DNA of 64,000 nucleotides from Octopus sinensis (lineage: Eukaryota), in assembly GCF_006345805.1 (NCBI RefSeq), contig NC_043000.1, forward strand, positions 129,890,001-129,954,000, read 5' to 3'. Both the position numbers and the translations under genes were made by a program. The notes below the pieces were generated by a model, which had not been told where the DNA came from, ran no database searches, and worked only from the letters and a program-made list of their open reading frames with translations. How positions within the stretch are numbered: position 1 is the first letter of the stretch; each line of letters begins with the position of its first letter. This document shows, one piece after another, positions 1-12,353 of this stretch.

Positions 1-371
1 TCTGCACACAAATTCTACACATACACAGACCCCTCCCCAAACGCACATTACATACACATTACACACCGCAAGCTAACATATAAAAAAAATCACTGTATCC
101 TTTACAGAAACAATACAGACCAACGAACATAGCTATGTATATCTACACCCCCGGAAAAAATTATGCATATGACATCACTACAGATATCACACACTCCACC
201 TCCACATTAATAATGCACAGTTTCACCACTTCAAAATAACTCTTCCCGGCTTCGCAGCATACCCAACCAAGGGACATTGCTCCTAACGCAATCCACTGGC
301 CCCTTTTTGTTTTCACCACCTTTTTTCACAGCAGCTACTGACCGGTTGTGCTAGTCCACCTCCGACAATAT

Positions 372-465
372 CGGCTAACTCTGATGAGCGTTAAGTTATA
401 TAATCGGATTATTACTTAACACTCCACTGTATTCTTTACGAAAAACATATTGGTAAGATCAGCCG
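372..465 (+). ncRNA. Degenerate type I hammerhead-like motif with long helix II
   Basis: CGGCT..CTGATGA (381-387), then hairpin GTTAAGT/ACTTAAC, GAAA (440-443), near-palindromic AACATATTGG, GTA, and AGATCAGCCG, which pairs back to the 5' CGGCT. Confidence 0.4.
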
Positions 466-633
466 TGATGAATATTTAATACTATACATTTCGGATAATA
501 TACCCACTCTACTTATAGATGTGTGTGCATCTTTTCCATGATTTATGGTTTCTTAGACGACTCACGTATATATAAACATATCGTTTTTAGATTTGGTTTC
601 CAAGATACTTTATATGAGTTCCTGTTTTGAAGC

Positions 634-810
634 ATATTCTGTTGTGTCTGGGGAGAGTCATTTTCTTTTTGTGCCTCATAATTTAACACACTCACCGGTA
701 AAGTTTCGTTGCGTCTTGCAACCTTTTCAATAGTCTGAAATTTTACCGGTGAGTGTTTTAAATTATAAGGCACAAAAAGAAAATGACTCTCCCCACACAC
801 AACAGTATAT
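634..810. repeat. Foldback element with arms of about 74 bp and a 29-nt loop, abutting (TA)n
   Basis: 634-707 is nearly the reverse complement of 737-810. The minus strand carries a decayed hammerhead pattern TTGAAAA-G-GTTGC-aagac-GCAAC-GAAA-CTTTACCGGTGAG. Confidence 0.9.
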
Positions 811-2159
811 ATATATATATATATATATCAAAACTATTCCATCGCTCCCGCCACCACTATCATCGTTGTCGTCGTCATCATCAACATTGATAACACTATG
901 CTCGTGTGAATTTGTTTATCTCTCTCTCTCCCCCTTCCTATTTATCTGTTTATCTCTCTCTATATATATATGCATACACATACAAACACATGAACATCAT
1001 ATACATGCACATATGTGTGCAGTAATATACGTGTGTGGGAGTGTGCTTAAGTAAAAATATTTATACATGATCAGATGCATACACAATAAAATGTGCATAA
1101 ACAGAGTGAAAGATAGGATACAATGTTCTTCATTACGTATAATTCCTATATTCCTATGATGAGTTGTTCAAATAAACTAAAAACAGAAGAAAACTATAAC
1201 CTAAAAAAAAAATTATTACGTAGGAAACATTGACACGAAAGAAAACAAAAAAAACTAGAATTAATTAGTTGAACTGTAAACATCCGCGTCCGGCACTTAG
1301 CAGAGTTTGCTTTACGGCGGTAGCATATTTAGAGTTTGACATCACCGACTATCACCTCTCACTTAACTCCATCCATCTATCTACTCTTATGACAAGTGAA
1401 TATGGCGCCGGTCTATACATCCTTCCTGTAAGATTTCAAATAGATTAAGACAACATACTTGCTTTTTATAACTTTACTTATTATACATAGACACCCCCTC
1501 TACGTATGATCAGGCGTACTACATTTATGTATATATACATGGATATCTGTGTGTGTATGTGTGTGTGCTCGTGGGTGTAAATGCGAGAGTGCAGCGCTCG
1601 AGCGCGCCTTTTTAGCTAAGAAAAAAAGCGCACAATATATCATATAGAATTTACACAGTCTTGTAACTATAGTGTGACCGATCAAACGTATACTTTACGT
1701 GAGCATGTGTACATGCGCACATATATTCACTTATATACACATATATGCTGTAATGTATTGTGTACACATATATATGCTGTAGTGTATTGTGTGTGATCTT
1801 TTGTATGAATCTACGTAAATATTTTTGTTAATGTTATTTCTACAGAAATTACAGCCAGTACTGATGTTTTTGCTACAATGTTTCGTATTGAGACGTCAGA
1901 TGTAGAAACACAATGAGATCCAATAACTTAACATCACTCTATGCAGTGGCTATACAAGCGATATGTTAGGAGATGAGAATAGGCAAGATGGGTGCTGATG
2001 AAGGGGGCAAAACCCCTTGAAATATGGCATAGACACTGGATCTGTTCAGTTTGGCTCACAGATTTTTAAATAAATATATTTTTTTCTAAACAGTTCGAAA
2101 CTTCATATACTGGTGGAATGACTCATACAGAATACAGTTTACTTTGAACATTTTTAGCA

Positions 2160-2580
2160 AAATTTTTATCTTCCAGCATCGTTTGTTTTCTTTTTCAATT
2201 AACACTAAGTCTGGTTCCCTATTCTCTATCTCATGGCGCATAAAATTCCATAGGATCTTTGCATTTCTATTTTCGACGATGCCTTCGGGTTTATGTTAGT
2301 ACCACTTTTTTGCTTTGGTAATTCCACACTTGTTGCAAGGTGTCCAATGGACAACCATTGCCATATTGTCATGACGCCTCTTATATTCTTTCTGGACTAG
2401 TCGCGTACATTGACCGGAAATATGCCATACGGTTTCACCATTTTGTCCACAAATTCTGCACTTATCACTTTCTGATGTGTTGTCTATTCTGTATTTGATG
2501 TAATGCGTTCTTAACGCTTGCACTTGGGCAGCACAGATTAGAGCCTCCGTTTCCGATTTTAAATCACTTTTAGTCATCCA
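2160..2580 (-). mobile_element. R4/Dong-type (restriction-like endonuclease) non-LTR retrotransposon C-terminal fragment
   Basis: LKSETEALICAAQVQALRT, CCHC knuckle CRICGQNGETVWHISGQC, RRHD..AMVVHW, then past a stop KILWNF...REPDLVL. Confidence 0.85.
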
Positions 2581-2972
2581 TTATTATTATTATTACTATT
2601 ACTACTACTACTAATAGTAGTAGTTTTACAGCGTGATATCTATTGTCCAACTAATTCTGTTCTGCGAGCTTTGGCTAATTTGCAATTCTGCGTTGTTTTA
2701 CCTATATAAAACGAAAAATAAACAAACCGAATATAATTAGATTAAAGAGATAAAGATGGTTCAGAACCAAAGTATTAGAAATAGATACCATACCGGTGCT
2801 CCAAGAACTTCCAAGTGAGTAAATATCCAAGGAATTAAGTTCATAACCAAAATACTCTCAGGCAATGTATTTGGTATTTTAAATACTTTACGAATACCAC
2901 ACCTACACATAACGTAAATATTGATTAAAAACAGCAAAAGAACAACTACAAATACGAGCCAAGTCTTCATTA

Positions 2973-3190
2973 AATCGGTGGAAGAGCGTAATATTGTGGT
3001 TTCGATTCCTAGACCGGGTGAGGCTTTGGGTTCTTAAGCAAGACACTTCATTTCACGTTTCCCCAATCCACTCAGCTGGCAAAAATGAGTAATCTTGCGA
3101 TGGTCAAGCGTCCCATCCAGATGGGCAGTATATGTCATGGAAAACGGGAAACCGGACCGTATGTGTCGGTATGGCTCGGGAAGGAACTTT
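2973..3190 (+). mobile_element. Degenerate tRNA-headed SINE (family C type)
   Basis: B-box-like GGTTTCGATTCC-AGACCGGG. The 3' part CTTGCGATGG..GCGTCCCATCCAG..GGGAAACCGG matches the 6891 copy. Confidence 0.7.
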
Positions 3191-5269
3191 ATTTACTTCT
3201 TTAGATCATATGTAATAAGGTATAGCACAGTACGTCGTATATCCCATACACTATGTTTGAACAAAAGACAACAGAAATGGTATTGTAACCGCTTGAACAT
3301 CATTAAGTGTAGCCTAAAATAGCTGTGTTGTGTGAAGCAACACAAAAACTGAAACAACACAATCACTATCAAGAAAACAAAATCAACAAATCTATCTTCT
3401 CATTCTGTGAAATGACCAAGGATTTGAGAGTAAAAGGAATCGATCAATCACTTAGTGATGTCACAGTCAAAAATTTCAAAGCGCCAGTCTTAATAACAGA
3501 GCAATTAGCATTTAAGACAATATTCCAGCTTGCCTAAATGAACACGAAGGACAAAAATGTACGTACGCACGCCCAAGTACTACATTCAAGGTCCTATTAA
3601 AATTTTACGAAAATCTCATTAAATTCACGACTTTGTTCTAATTCTATAATTTCTATTCAGGCTTTTTCCCCTGTATTTTTGTAGTTCTGTTGGGGATAAT
3701 ACAACTCCTATATCCATCTTCAACGTTTCTTATAGTCTTAATTTCAAAGAACGGTAGAAAATAATTATGTTTCCAATGCAATATATGTAAAAGAAAAGTT
3801 GGTCTTCGTTATACGAACACACACACACAGAGGTATGCGCGTGTACGTATGCATATAGAACAACGTTTCATTAAAAATATGATTATGTTCCAGATATTTT
3901 CTTTTCATTACATACTTTTCGTATTTCCCTATGCTATACACATATATACATAAATACAAACACACACGCATTTTTAGAAATATGCATAGATATCACATAT
4001 GTATGTGTTTGCGTTCCTCTTGAAGCATGCAATTAGCAGTTAGCGATCGAAAGACTATGACAAAATTTCCAATACATAACTAAAATGTAACTAACTACAC
4101 TATATATTGCGAAACTGCACTGAGAGGCTGTCTCGCTGTGTTCCGACACTTGAAAAATGGTTTCATTCGTCACATGACAGATCCACAAAAAAGTGTTCAG
4201 TGAACATCATGATTTTGTTTACAGATTTTTTAAAATTATGTAATGCTTCAACTATCAGCGAGAAGACATAGAAAATTTACCATGATTACTTCGTTATATG
4301 TGCTGTTATCACAAATATAAGAAAAGAGAAAGATATACGGATGATGATTATGACGATGATGATGATGGTGGTTGTCGAGGTGATGGTTGTGGTGATGACA
4401 ATTATGGTGATAATGACGGCAACGAATACAAACGCAATGGTAAAGACCAGTAAGATAATGGTGGTGTTGTTTGTGATTGTTGTTGTTGTTAAGCAACAAG
4501 ACGGGTAAGGTTGATTAGGTATGTTCTAGGGCTTAGGGGCAGGAGACCTCAGACCTTGGAAAAAAAACTTTGGTCGTCTTGTTGTAGTCGAAGGATCTTT
4601 GTTGACGCCCGACATCACTGGGAGGTGGCCCTCGAAGTTGCTGGAAATGGAGATCTCCAGGTCCAAATTCTTGAACGGCTGTTGTTGTTGGTGATGATGA
4701 TGGTGATGTGAATAGCAAAAACAACAACACTGACAACGCATAATAAACTATGATAGATAACGGAATCTTTGAGCAGGAACTAGGAACAAAAGGAACAGCG
4801 ATGCACCTTCAAGTTCGCTTTATAAAGTAAGTCTACGGGTATCTGTTACTAGGTACAGTTTTACAGCGAAAACCGATTGTATAACTGAAGGTGTATCTGA
4901 AAATCCGTGAATATCCGTATAATTTGCATAAAAGTGTAAACAAGAGACTGCATTGAGCAAATATTTATTCGTGTATTATACTACATTTGTTTCGTTTCTA
5001 TTCTAACAGCAGGCTGTTGCCGCAATATTATCATATAAGGTATTAATCTTTTTAAATGTTACATCGCGCTAGTATTATTTCAGCAACATTGATAAATGAA
5101 GACATATCAGGTAAGAACACAATGAGTCTGCTAAATCAAACCATGTTCCACAGAATGTATACTTCACGTTGATTCTATTACACTCTCTTCATTACCATAT
5201 AACATTTCGAATAAAATACAGAAACTTCGATTGTAAAACCAGAAGTATAGTTGAGCCGGTCGTCAAAGA

Positions 5270-6057
5270 AACGGGTAAAACTTAGATAAAACTTAGATAT
5301 GTTTCGACCAGAGATTGGTCCAGGCCATGTCTAACTTAATAGCACCACCTGATAGGATTATTTGAATCCTGTTTAAGTCAGGTTTTGTTCAAGTAGTGAG
5401 TTCTTGTTGGGTGAGTTGTATCCAGTTTTGTTCGAGTAGTGAGTTCTTGTTGGGTGAGTTGTATCCAATTATGGGTGTCTTATCTGGTATTCTTTGAATG
5501 AATCTATCCAGACTCTGTTTAAAGTTGATGGGATCCTTTTCCTCTTTGATCTCCCTCGGGACAATGTTAAATAGGGCAGGGCCTGTTGAGGAAAAGAAAT
5601 TATGTTGCAGTGTACATGTATGTTGTGATCTTGAATTTGGCAGGGGACGTATAGCCCGTGGTCCAAGTCTTGGATGAACCTTGAAGCTAATGTTTAGGTC
5701 GTTTGGGCAAAGTTGGCGGTATATTTTCCACATCGTACAAATGATGTACCGCTCACGGCGACGCTGGAGGGAGTAAAGTTTCAAGGCTTTAAGGCGATCC
5801 CAATAATCGAGAGCAGCCATGCCTTCAATTTGTTTAGTGAGAGCCCTCTGGGGTGACTCAATTCTGGAGATGTTTTGTCTTGTGTGAGGAGACCACAGTG
5901 GGCAGCAGTATTCAAGGTGTGGCCGTACAAAGGAGGAAAAAAGTGGTATGATGATACCTTGTTCTCTGGACCGGAAAGTTCTTAAGATCCAGGAACTCAT
6001 CCTACGAGCTATATCGACCTTCTTGTTGATGTGTGCACTCCAACTGGAAGAAAACAT
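5270..6057 (-). mobile_element. CR1/L2-group LINE, 3' end of ORF2 plus 3' UTR, 5'-truncated
   Basis: 222-aa ORF with FVRPHLEYCCPLWSP, YWDRLKALKLYSLQRRRER and GPALFNIVP...FKQSLDRF, typical of the CR1-group post-RT region. The UTR recurs at 50563-50725. Confidence 0.9.
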
Positions 6058-6060
6058 AAT

Positions 6061-6438
6061 CTTTTACTCTCTTTTACTTGTTTCAGTCATGCTGGAGCAC
6101 CGCCTTTAGTCTAGCAAATCGACCCCAGGACTTTGTAAGCCTAGTACTCATTCTATCGGTCTCTTTCGCCGAACCGCTAAGTTACGGGGAGGTAAACACA
6201 CCAGCATCGGTTGTAAGCGATGTTGGGGGGAACAAACACAGACACACAAACATATACACGCATACATATATATACATATATACGACGGGCTTCTTTCAGT
6301 TTCCGTCTACCAATCCACTCACAAGGCTTTGGTCGGCCCGAGGCTATAGTAGAAGACACTTGCCCAAGGTGCCACGCAGTGGGACTGAACCTGGAACCAT
6401 GTGGTTGGTAAGCAAGCTACTTACCACACAGCCACTCT
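6061..6438 (-). mobile_element. SINE family A (tRNA head, CORE-like CCTTGGGCAAG motif, microsatellite linker, 3' module)
   Basis: Reverse complement of GAGTGGCTGTGTGGTAAG..GGTTCAGTCCC..CCTTGGGCAAGTGTC..GACTGAAACAAGTAAAAG. Near-identical to the 50791 and 63414 copies. Confidence 0.9.
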
Positions 6439-6600
6439 TGAAAAAACGTGCAAAATCATAAAAAAATTAAATAACTAAACAGATAAAACTAAACTAAATG
6501 AGTAAAGTTAATCGCCACATCAATGCGGCTGCTCATTATTACTACTAGTTTAACCCAAGGCAGATCTTTCGCCAGCTGATTATAGGCCAGCCTGCGCCCC

Positions 6601-6667
<67 letters not shown>

Positions 6668-6890
6668 CCAGGGGAGCAGAAGAATGGTAGGGGTTCGTTC
6701 CCCTGCTGGCAATATTTATGTACGAGATGCAGGTTGCACCTTAATCATCTGGTGGAAGATCAGCCTGGGGTGAAACTAGTAGAAACATTGAACAGCCATA
6801 ATGATGTGGCGATTAACTTTACTTGTTAATGTATTTACTACTCTGATCTTTTATTGAGGGTTTACAACCAGCTACTTTGTTTAATCTGTG

Positions 6891-7187
6891 GGGGCACATG
6901 GCCTAGTGGTTAGAGCAGCGGGCTCGAGGTCGAGGGATCGCGGTTTCGAATCTCAGACCGGGCGATGTGTGTGTTTATGAACGAAACACCTAAGCTCCAT
7001 GCGGCTCCGACAGAAGGTAATGGTGAACTTCTGCTGACTCTTTCGCCACAACTTTCTCTTACTTTTTCCTCCTGCATCTTGCAGCTCACTTGCGACGGAC
7101 TGGCGTCCCGTCCAGGTGGGGAGCCTATACGCCAAGGAAACCGGGAAACCGGTCCTAATGAGCCAGGCGTGGCTCGGGAAGGAACAA
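6891..7187 (+). mobile_element. SINE family C (tRNA-Arg-like head, V-domain-like 3' part) with 14-bp TSD
   Basis: A box TGGCCTAGTGG, B box GGTTTCGAATC, segment TGCGACGGACTGGCGTCCCGTCCAGG. ACTTTGTTTAATCT is duplicated at 6874-6887 and 7188-7201. Confidence 0.9.
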
Positions 7188-7613
7188 ACTTTGTTTAATC
7201 TAACTAACTAAATAAATCATTAAATATTTCAATTCGTTGCTGTATTTGGTTTGCAAGAATCTTGAAGTGACTCCTACGAAAGAACAAGATAAAACAATTC
7301 ATTTACGTATCTTTATGACTGTATAGGTCCTACCCACTAATAGCCAGAAACGCTTGAGTTATGTAGGCTGTCTAGCAGCCCAGTATCCGCTTTATGCAGA
7401 GCTGTCTACTACCAAGGATTAATTTATAACTCATCTGCCATTATAATACCACACTAGTTCGTATATAGTACGATGTGTATGTATTGAAGTAGTAAACAAA
7501 AATAAAACTAATAAAATGTAAAATTATATTGAGAGATTGAGGAATTAAGATTCATTTTCTGCTCCTTAATATACAAATGTTAATAAATGCAAGCACACAC
7601 ACGTACACACACT

Positions 7614-7692
<79 letters not shown>

Positions 7693-8663
7693 AAGAAGAT
7701 TATAGGTATAGCTATACAGACATATATATGCGCGTAGATACATTATCAATAACATTTCTACGAACACACACACAAGTATATAAATACTTATGTAGACACA
7801 TTATTATATAAACCTTTACATACACATATATATACACTTCCACCTATATACATAGTCACACGCTTTTACACTTACACATAAATACATTATTAATAAGATA
7901 GTCAATAACCTATATTAACAAAGATAACCTCAAAAATTAAAGATTAAATAAAAGCTTAAAATGTTCATATAGTTAAAGGATAAAAGACAAATTTTGTTAA
8001 ATGCTTACTTTAGGATGCACATATGCCTTCATAAATACATGATACGCTAAGGATGGGATTGGAATAGAATCCACGTAGGGTAGATATTGTATGGAATATG
8101 ATTTGATCTAGCTGATACATTGCGGTCATACCTGATGAGTCTTCACATAACAATGTTGCAGAAACAATACTGATGTGATCTAATATTTAATATATTCAAT
8201 ATAACATATGGAAATGTTTCGGCAAGTTTCTGGTGATAAAGTGGGGTTCAAACGACATTAGTTTTATGCAATTAAGCGAGTTTGCTGAATCGATTCTTTC
8301 TTGCTTACTGTTCCGATAAGGTAAGATACAAAAAAAGATGTACTCCCTCCAATGAGAGATAAATATCACTTAATGTACAAAGTATAAAGATACGAGCTGC
8401 TGATGGTTTTTTAGCATTGGAAAGTCAGGTCTAAGCAATCTTTAGGCTCACACTCTCTCTGTATGCTGCCTTCAAAGTTTTTTTAGCGTTTCTTCCTCAT
8501 TCAACATTTTTCGCTCGTTATGACATGTGGTTTGTGCCTGATGATTATGTTTGAGAAATTCCTAAACACATGAAACTTTTAGTAGCCCTTAAAGACATAT
8601 ATTATGTCCTTTAAATAAACAATATTTATCTCTCACCAGATGGAGTACTTATTTTGTTGAATT

Positions 8664-8750
8664 TTCTATTCTTTCATTCTTAAACCTGTTTCGGTCATTT
8701 GACTGAGGCCAAGCTGGTGCACTGCCTTGAAGAACAATATGGGACGCTTT
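8664..8750 (-). mobile_element. SINE family A 3' tail fragment
   Basis: TTTCGGTCATTTGACTGAGGCCAAGCTGGTGCACTGCC matches the family A tail. Confidence 0.65.
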
Positions 8751-8831
8751 ACGAAATTGTGTGCCATCCTTGCTCAGGGACCATGCTAAACTTCTCTGTA
8801 TCAAATTTTAGAATATGTACTGCTATATATA

Positions 8832-8898
<67 letters not shown>

Positions 8899-9130
8899 GT
8901 GTGTGTATATATATACATGTATGAATGTGTGTGTGCGTATCGGCAAATGAAGTACCAAATTGTTTGCTCCTAGGAAGAGGCATTATGCTGGAATTTACTG
9001 ACCTCCAGAGTGATGAGTAAATATAGCAGCATGGTTCAATTTGAATTCGAGGTTTTCGTTGTATATCATGCATAAAAGTCTTATACAACTATTCAATTCT
9101 TTTACAGTTTTTGGCAATATTAAAGACCAC

Positions 9131-9960
9131 TAAGGCGGCGAGCTGGCAGAAACGATAGCACGCTGGGCCAAATGCTTAGCAGTATTTCGTCTGCCGCTAC
9201 GTTCTGAGTTCAAATTCCGCTGGGGTCGACTTTGCCTTTCTTCCTTTCGGGATTGATAAATTAAGTACCAATTACGCACTGGGGTCGATGTAATCGACTT
9301 AATCCCTTTGTATGTCCTTGTTTTCCCCTCTATGTTTAGTCCCTTGTGGACAATAAAGAAGTAAGGAACGTTACCATGCTGGCCGAAATGCTTAGCGGTG
9401 TTTCGTTTGTCTTTACTTCTGAATTCAAATTCCACCGAGGTCGATTTTGCTTTCATCATTTCGGGTTCAATAAATGAAGTACCAGTTGCATACTGCGTCG
9501 ATCTAATCGACTGACCCCTCCCCCCAAATTTCGGGCCTTGTGCCAAGAGTAGGAAAGATATTGAATGCCAGTAAGGTGGCGAGCTGGCAGAAACGTCAGC
9601 ACGCTGGGCGAAATGCTTGCCGGTATTTCGTCTTCCGTTACGTTCTGAGTTCAAATTCCGCCGAGGTCGACTTTGCCTTTCATCCTTTCGGGGTCGATTA
9701 AATAAGTACCAATTACGCACTGGGGTCGATATAATCGACTTAATCCGTTTGTCTGTCCTTATTTGTCCTCTCTGTGTTTAGCCCCTTGTGGGTAGTAAAG
9801 AAATAGGTATTTCGACAGTCTTTATGTTCTGAGTTCAAATTCAGCCGGGGTCGACTTTGCCTTTCATACTTTGGGGTCGATAAATTAAGTGCTAAGGTCG
9901 ATCTAATCGACTGGCCTCCTCCTCCAAACTTTCGGGCCTTGTGTCTGGACTAGAAAATAA
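9131..9960 (+). mobile_element. Two tandem dimeric copies of SINE family B
   Basis: The head GGCGGCGAGCTGGCAGAAACG and the core GTCGACTTTGCCTTTCATCCTTTCGGGGTCGAT..AAGTACC are repeated; the core occurs four times. A spacer ATATTGAATGCCA sits at 9558 and 9960. Confidence 0.92.
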
Positions 9961-10509
9961 TATTGAATGCCACTATTTAAATGATCAATATACAACTTAT
10001 TTTTAGAAAAAATACGGTTGGTTTCTCAAAAAGTTATCAAGATAGCTTTTCTAGAAGGATAGCTTATTTCCCGTTGGATATAAAATGTATCTGTTTTTAA
10101 ATAATTTTTTTCTCTTTTGTATGTTCTTCAGTTCCAAGTACTTTTGCATCAAAAACTGAGTGACTGATATTTCGACGCCGCAGGTAACAAAATTATCCTA
10201 TCATAATTTTTTTGCACTGCCTGATGACAGTTATGGCCTTGGAAACTTACTGATCTGTCACGGAAAGTATTCCAATTGAAGAATTACAGTCAAAACGAGA
10301 AATGACCTTTAATTTGTATGAAGAAATATTCAAGTCTTTGGCGAAAAATATTTCACTTAAATGGGCTATGATGTACTCTCTGAAGTAGACTATGCGTGCG
10401 TGTGAGTGTCTGTGTGTGTGTATATATATATATATAATATATATATATATATATACACATGTGTGTATGTGTGTGTAGGAACGAACAGGAGAAACAACGC
10501 AACGCCAAA

Positions 10510-10635
<126 letters not shown>

Positions 10636-10850
10636 GAGGCGCAATGGCCTAGTGGTTAGGGCAGCGGACTCGCAGTCGCAGGATCGCGGTTTCGATTCTC
10701 AGACCGGGCGTTGTGTGTGTTTATTGAGCGAAAACACCTAAAAGCTCTACGAGGCTCCGGCAGGGGGTGGTGATCCCTGCTGTACTCTTTCACCACAATG
10801 GCGGTGCCTCAGCATGGCCACAGCTCAAGAGCTGAAACTGGAAAAACAAA
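10636..10850 (+). mobile_element. SINE family C head joined to a family A-like tail
   Basis: GGCGCAATGGCCTAGTGGTTAGGGCAGCGGACTCG..CTTTCACCACAA is followed directly by TGGCGGTGCCTCAGCATGGCCACAG..CTGAAAC. Confidence 0.8.
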
Positions 10851-10974
10851 AACAAACAAAACAAATATATATACATATAAATATATGATATTCGCGTGTA
10901 ACTATATAATTGCCTCAAAAAGCGCATTGCAATCTATCTACTTGTACATATGTTTTTGTATATTTATGTCTATA

Positions 10975-11146
10975 TATATACATATGTATACGCACGTATG
11001 TATATATACATATATATATATACTGTATATATATATATATCTATATATATGTATATATATGTATATATGTATATATATATATATATATATAGATATATAT
11101 ATATATATATATGTAGTATATATATATATGATATTATATATGTATG

Positions 11147-11177
<31 letters not shown>

Positions 11178-11241
11178 GTAATATATATGTATATATATAT
11201 ATATATGTATATATATATGTATATATATATATATGTATATA

Positions 11242-11288
<47 letters not shown>

Positions 11289-11319
11289 GTATATATATAT
11301 ATGTATATATATATATATG

Positions 11320-11385
<66 letters not shown>

Positions 11386-11425
11386 ATATATATATAATAT
11401 AGATAGAGAGAGAGAGAGAGAGAGC
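10975..11425. repeat. Compound (TA)n/(TATG)/(GA)n microsatellite
   Basis: Direct inspection. It accounts for the YI-repeat ORFs. Confidence 0.97.
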
Positions 11426-11724
11426 GAAAGATATACACAGACAAATTATTTAAACACACGCACATACTTTGCACATGTATGTTTCTGAATATGTGAATAT
11501 CTGTGTGTGGCTGTGTCAGAAATACTTCCTTTGTCTACATGTAATCATAAATCTAAACATAAGAGTGTACTTCCATCTATGATTAAGTATATTAGATGTT
11601 TGAAATATAGCATAACCGTTTCATACATTTTGTATTAGCTCAAATTAGAGACAAGGACTGGCAATATTCCCACTATTACTTTTTTTGCTTTATCACGAAC
11701 CGAACACAACACATATATTTGCAA

Positions 11725-11842
11725 GTAATAATAATAATAATAATAGTAATAATAATAACAATAATATCAATAATAATAATAATAATAATAACAATAATAT
11801 TAATATCAATAATAATAATAATAACAATAATATTAATAATAA
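11725..11842. repeat. (AAT)n microsatellite
   Basis: Direct inspection. Confidence 0.95.
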
Positions 11843-11953
11843 TACACATTTATAAATATATGAACATATACATATGCGCTTTTCCATGACTAACATTATT
11901 ATATATATATGTAGCTATACCAAGCGTATGTAAATTACAATAAACACACATAG

Positions 11954-11985
<32 letters not shown>

Positions 11986-12308
11986 GAATTTGTGTCTGAT
12001 TGTTTCGGTATTAGTACATACATAGTTTACTGCAGATCTGAGTGTGTGTGTGCGTGCGTGTTCTCATGAATATCAGATAGACATAATAGGTAGAAAATAT
12101 ATAGGCCGTATATTACAAATTGCAAATGTAAACTTAGAGCCATTCATCCCCACCAAACGGCAGTTACAAATTGCTGTGCTTTAACAAAATAAAAGCTGCT
12201 TACGCATATGATTCTGTTTGATCAAGAAAATCTAATGACACTTGGCATCTATACAAACTAGGTCTAAACATGAACTATTGAAACACATAGCTCTCTCTCT
12301 CTCATATA

Positions 12309-12353
<45 letters not shown>

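Noticed and set aside
6745-6790. Hammerhead-like CTGGTGGA..GAAACTAGT
   Set aside because: The core has two changes and no helix I pairing.
8131-8175. CTGATGAG..GAAAC
   Set aside because: There are no convincing helices I-III.
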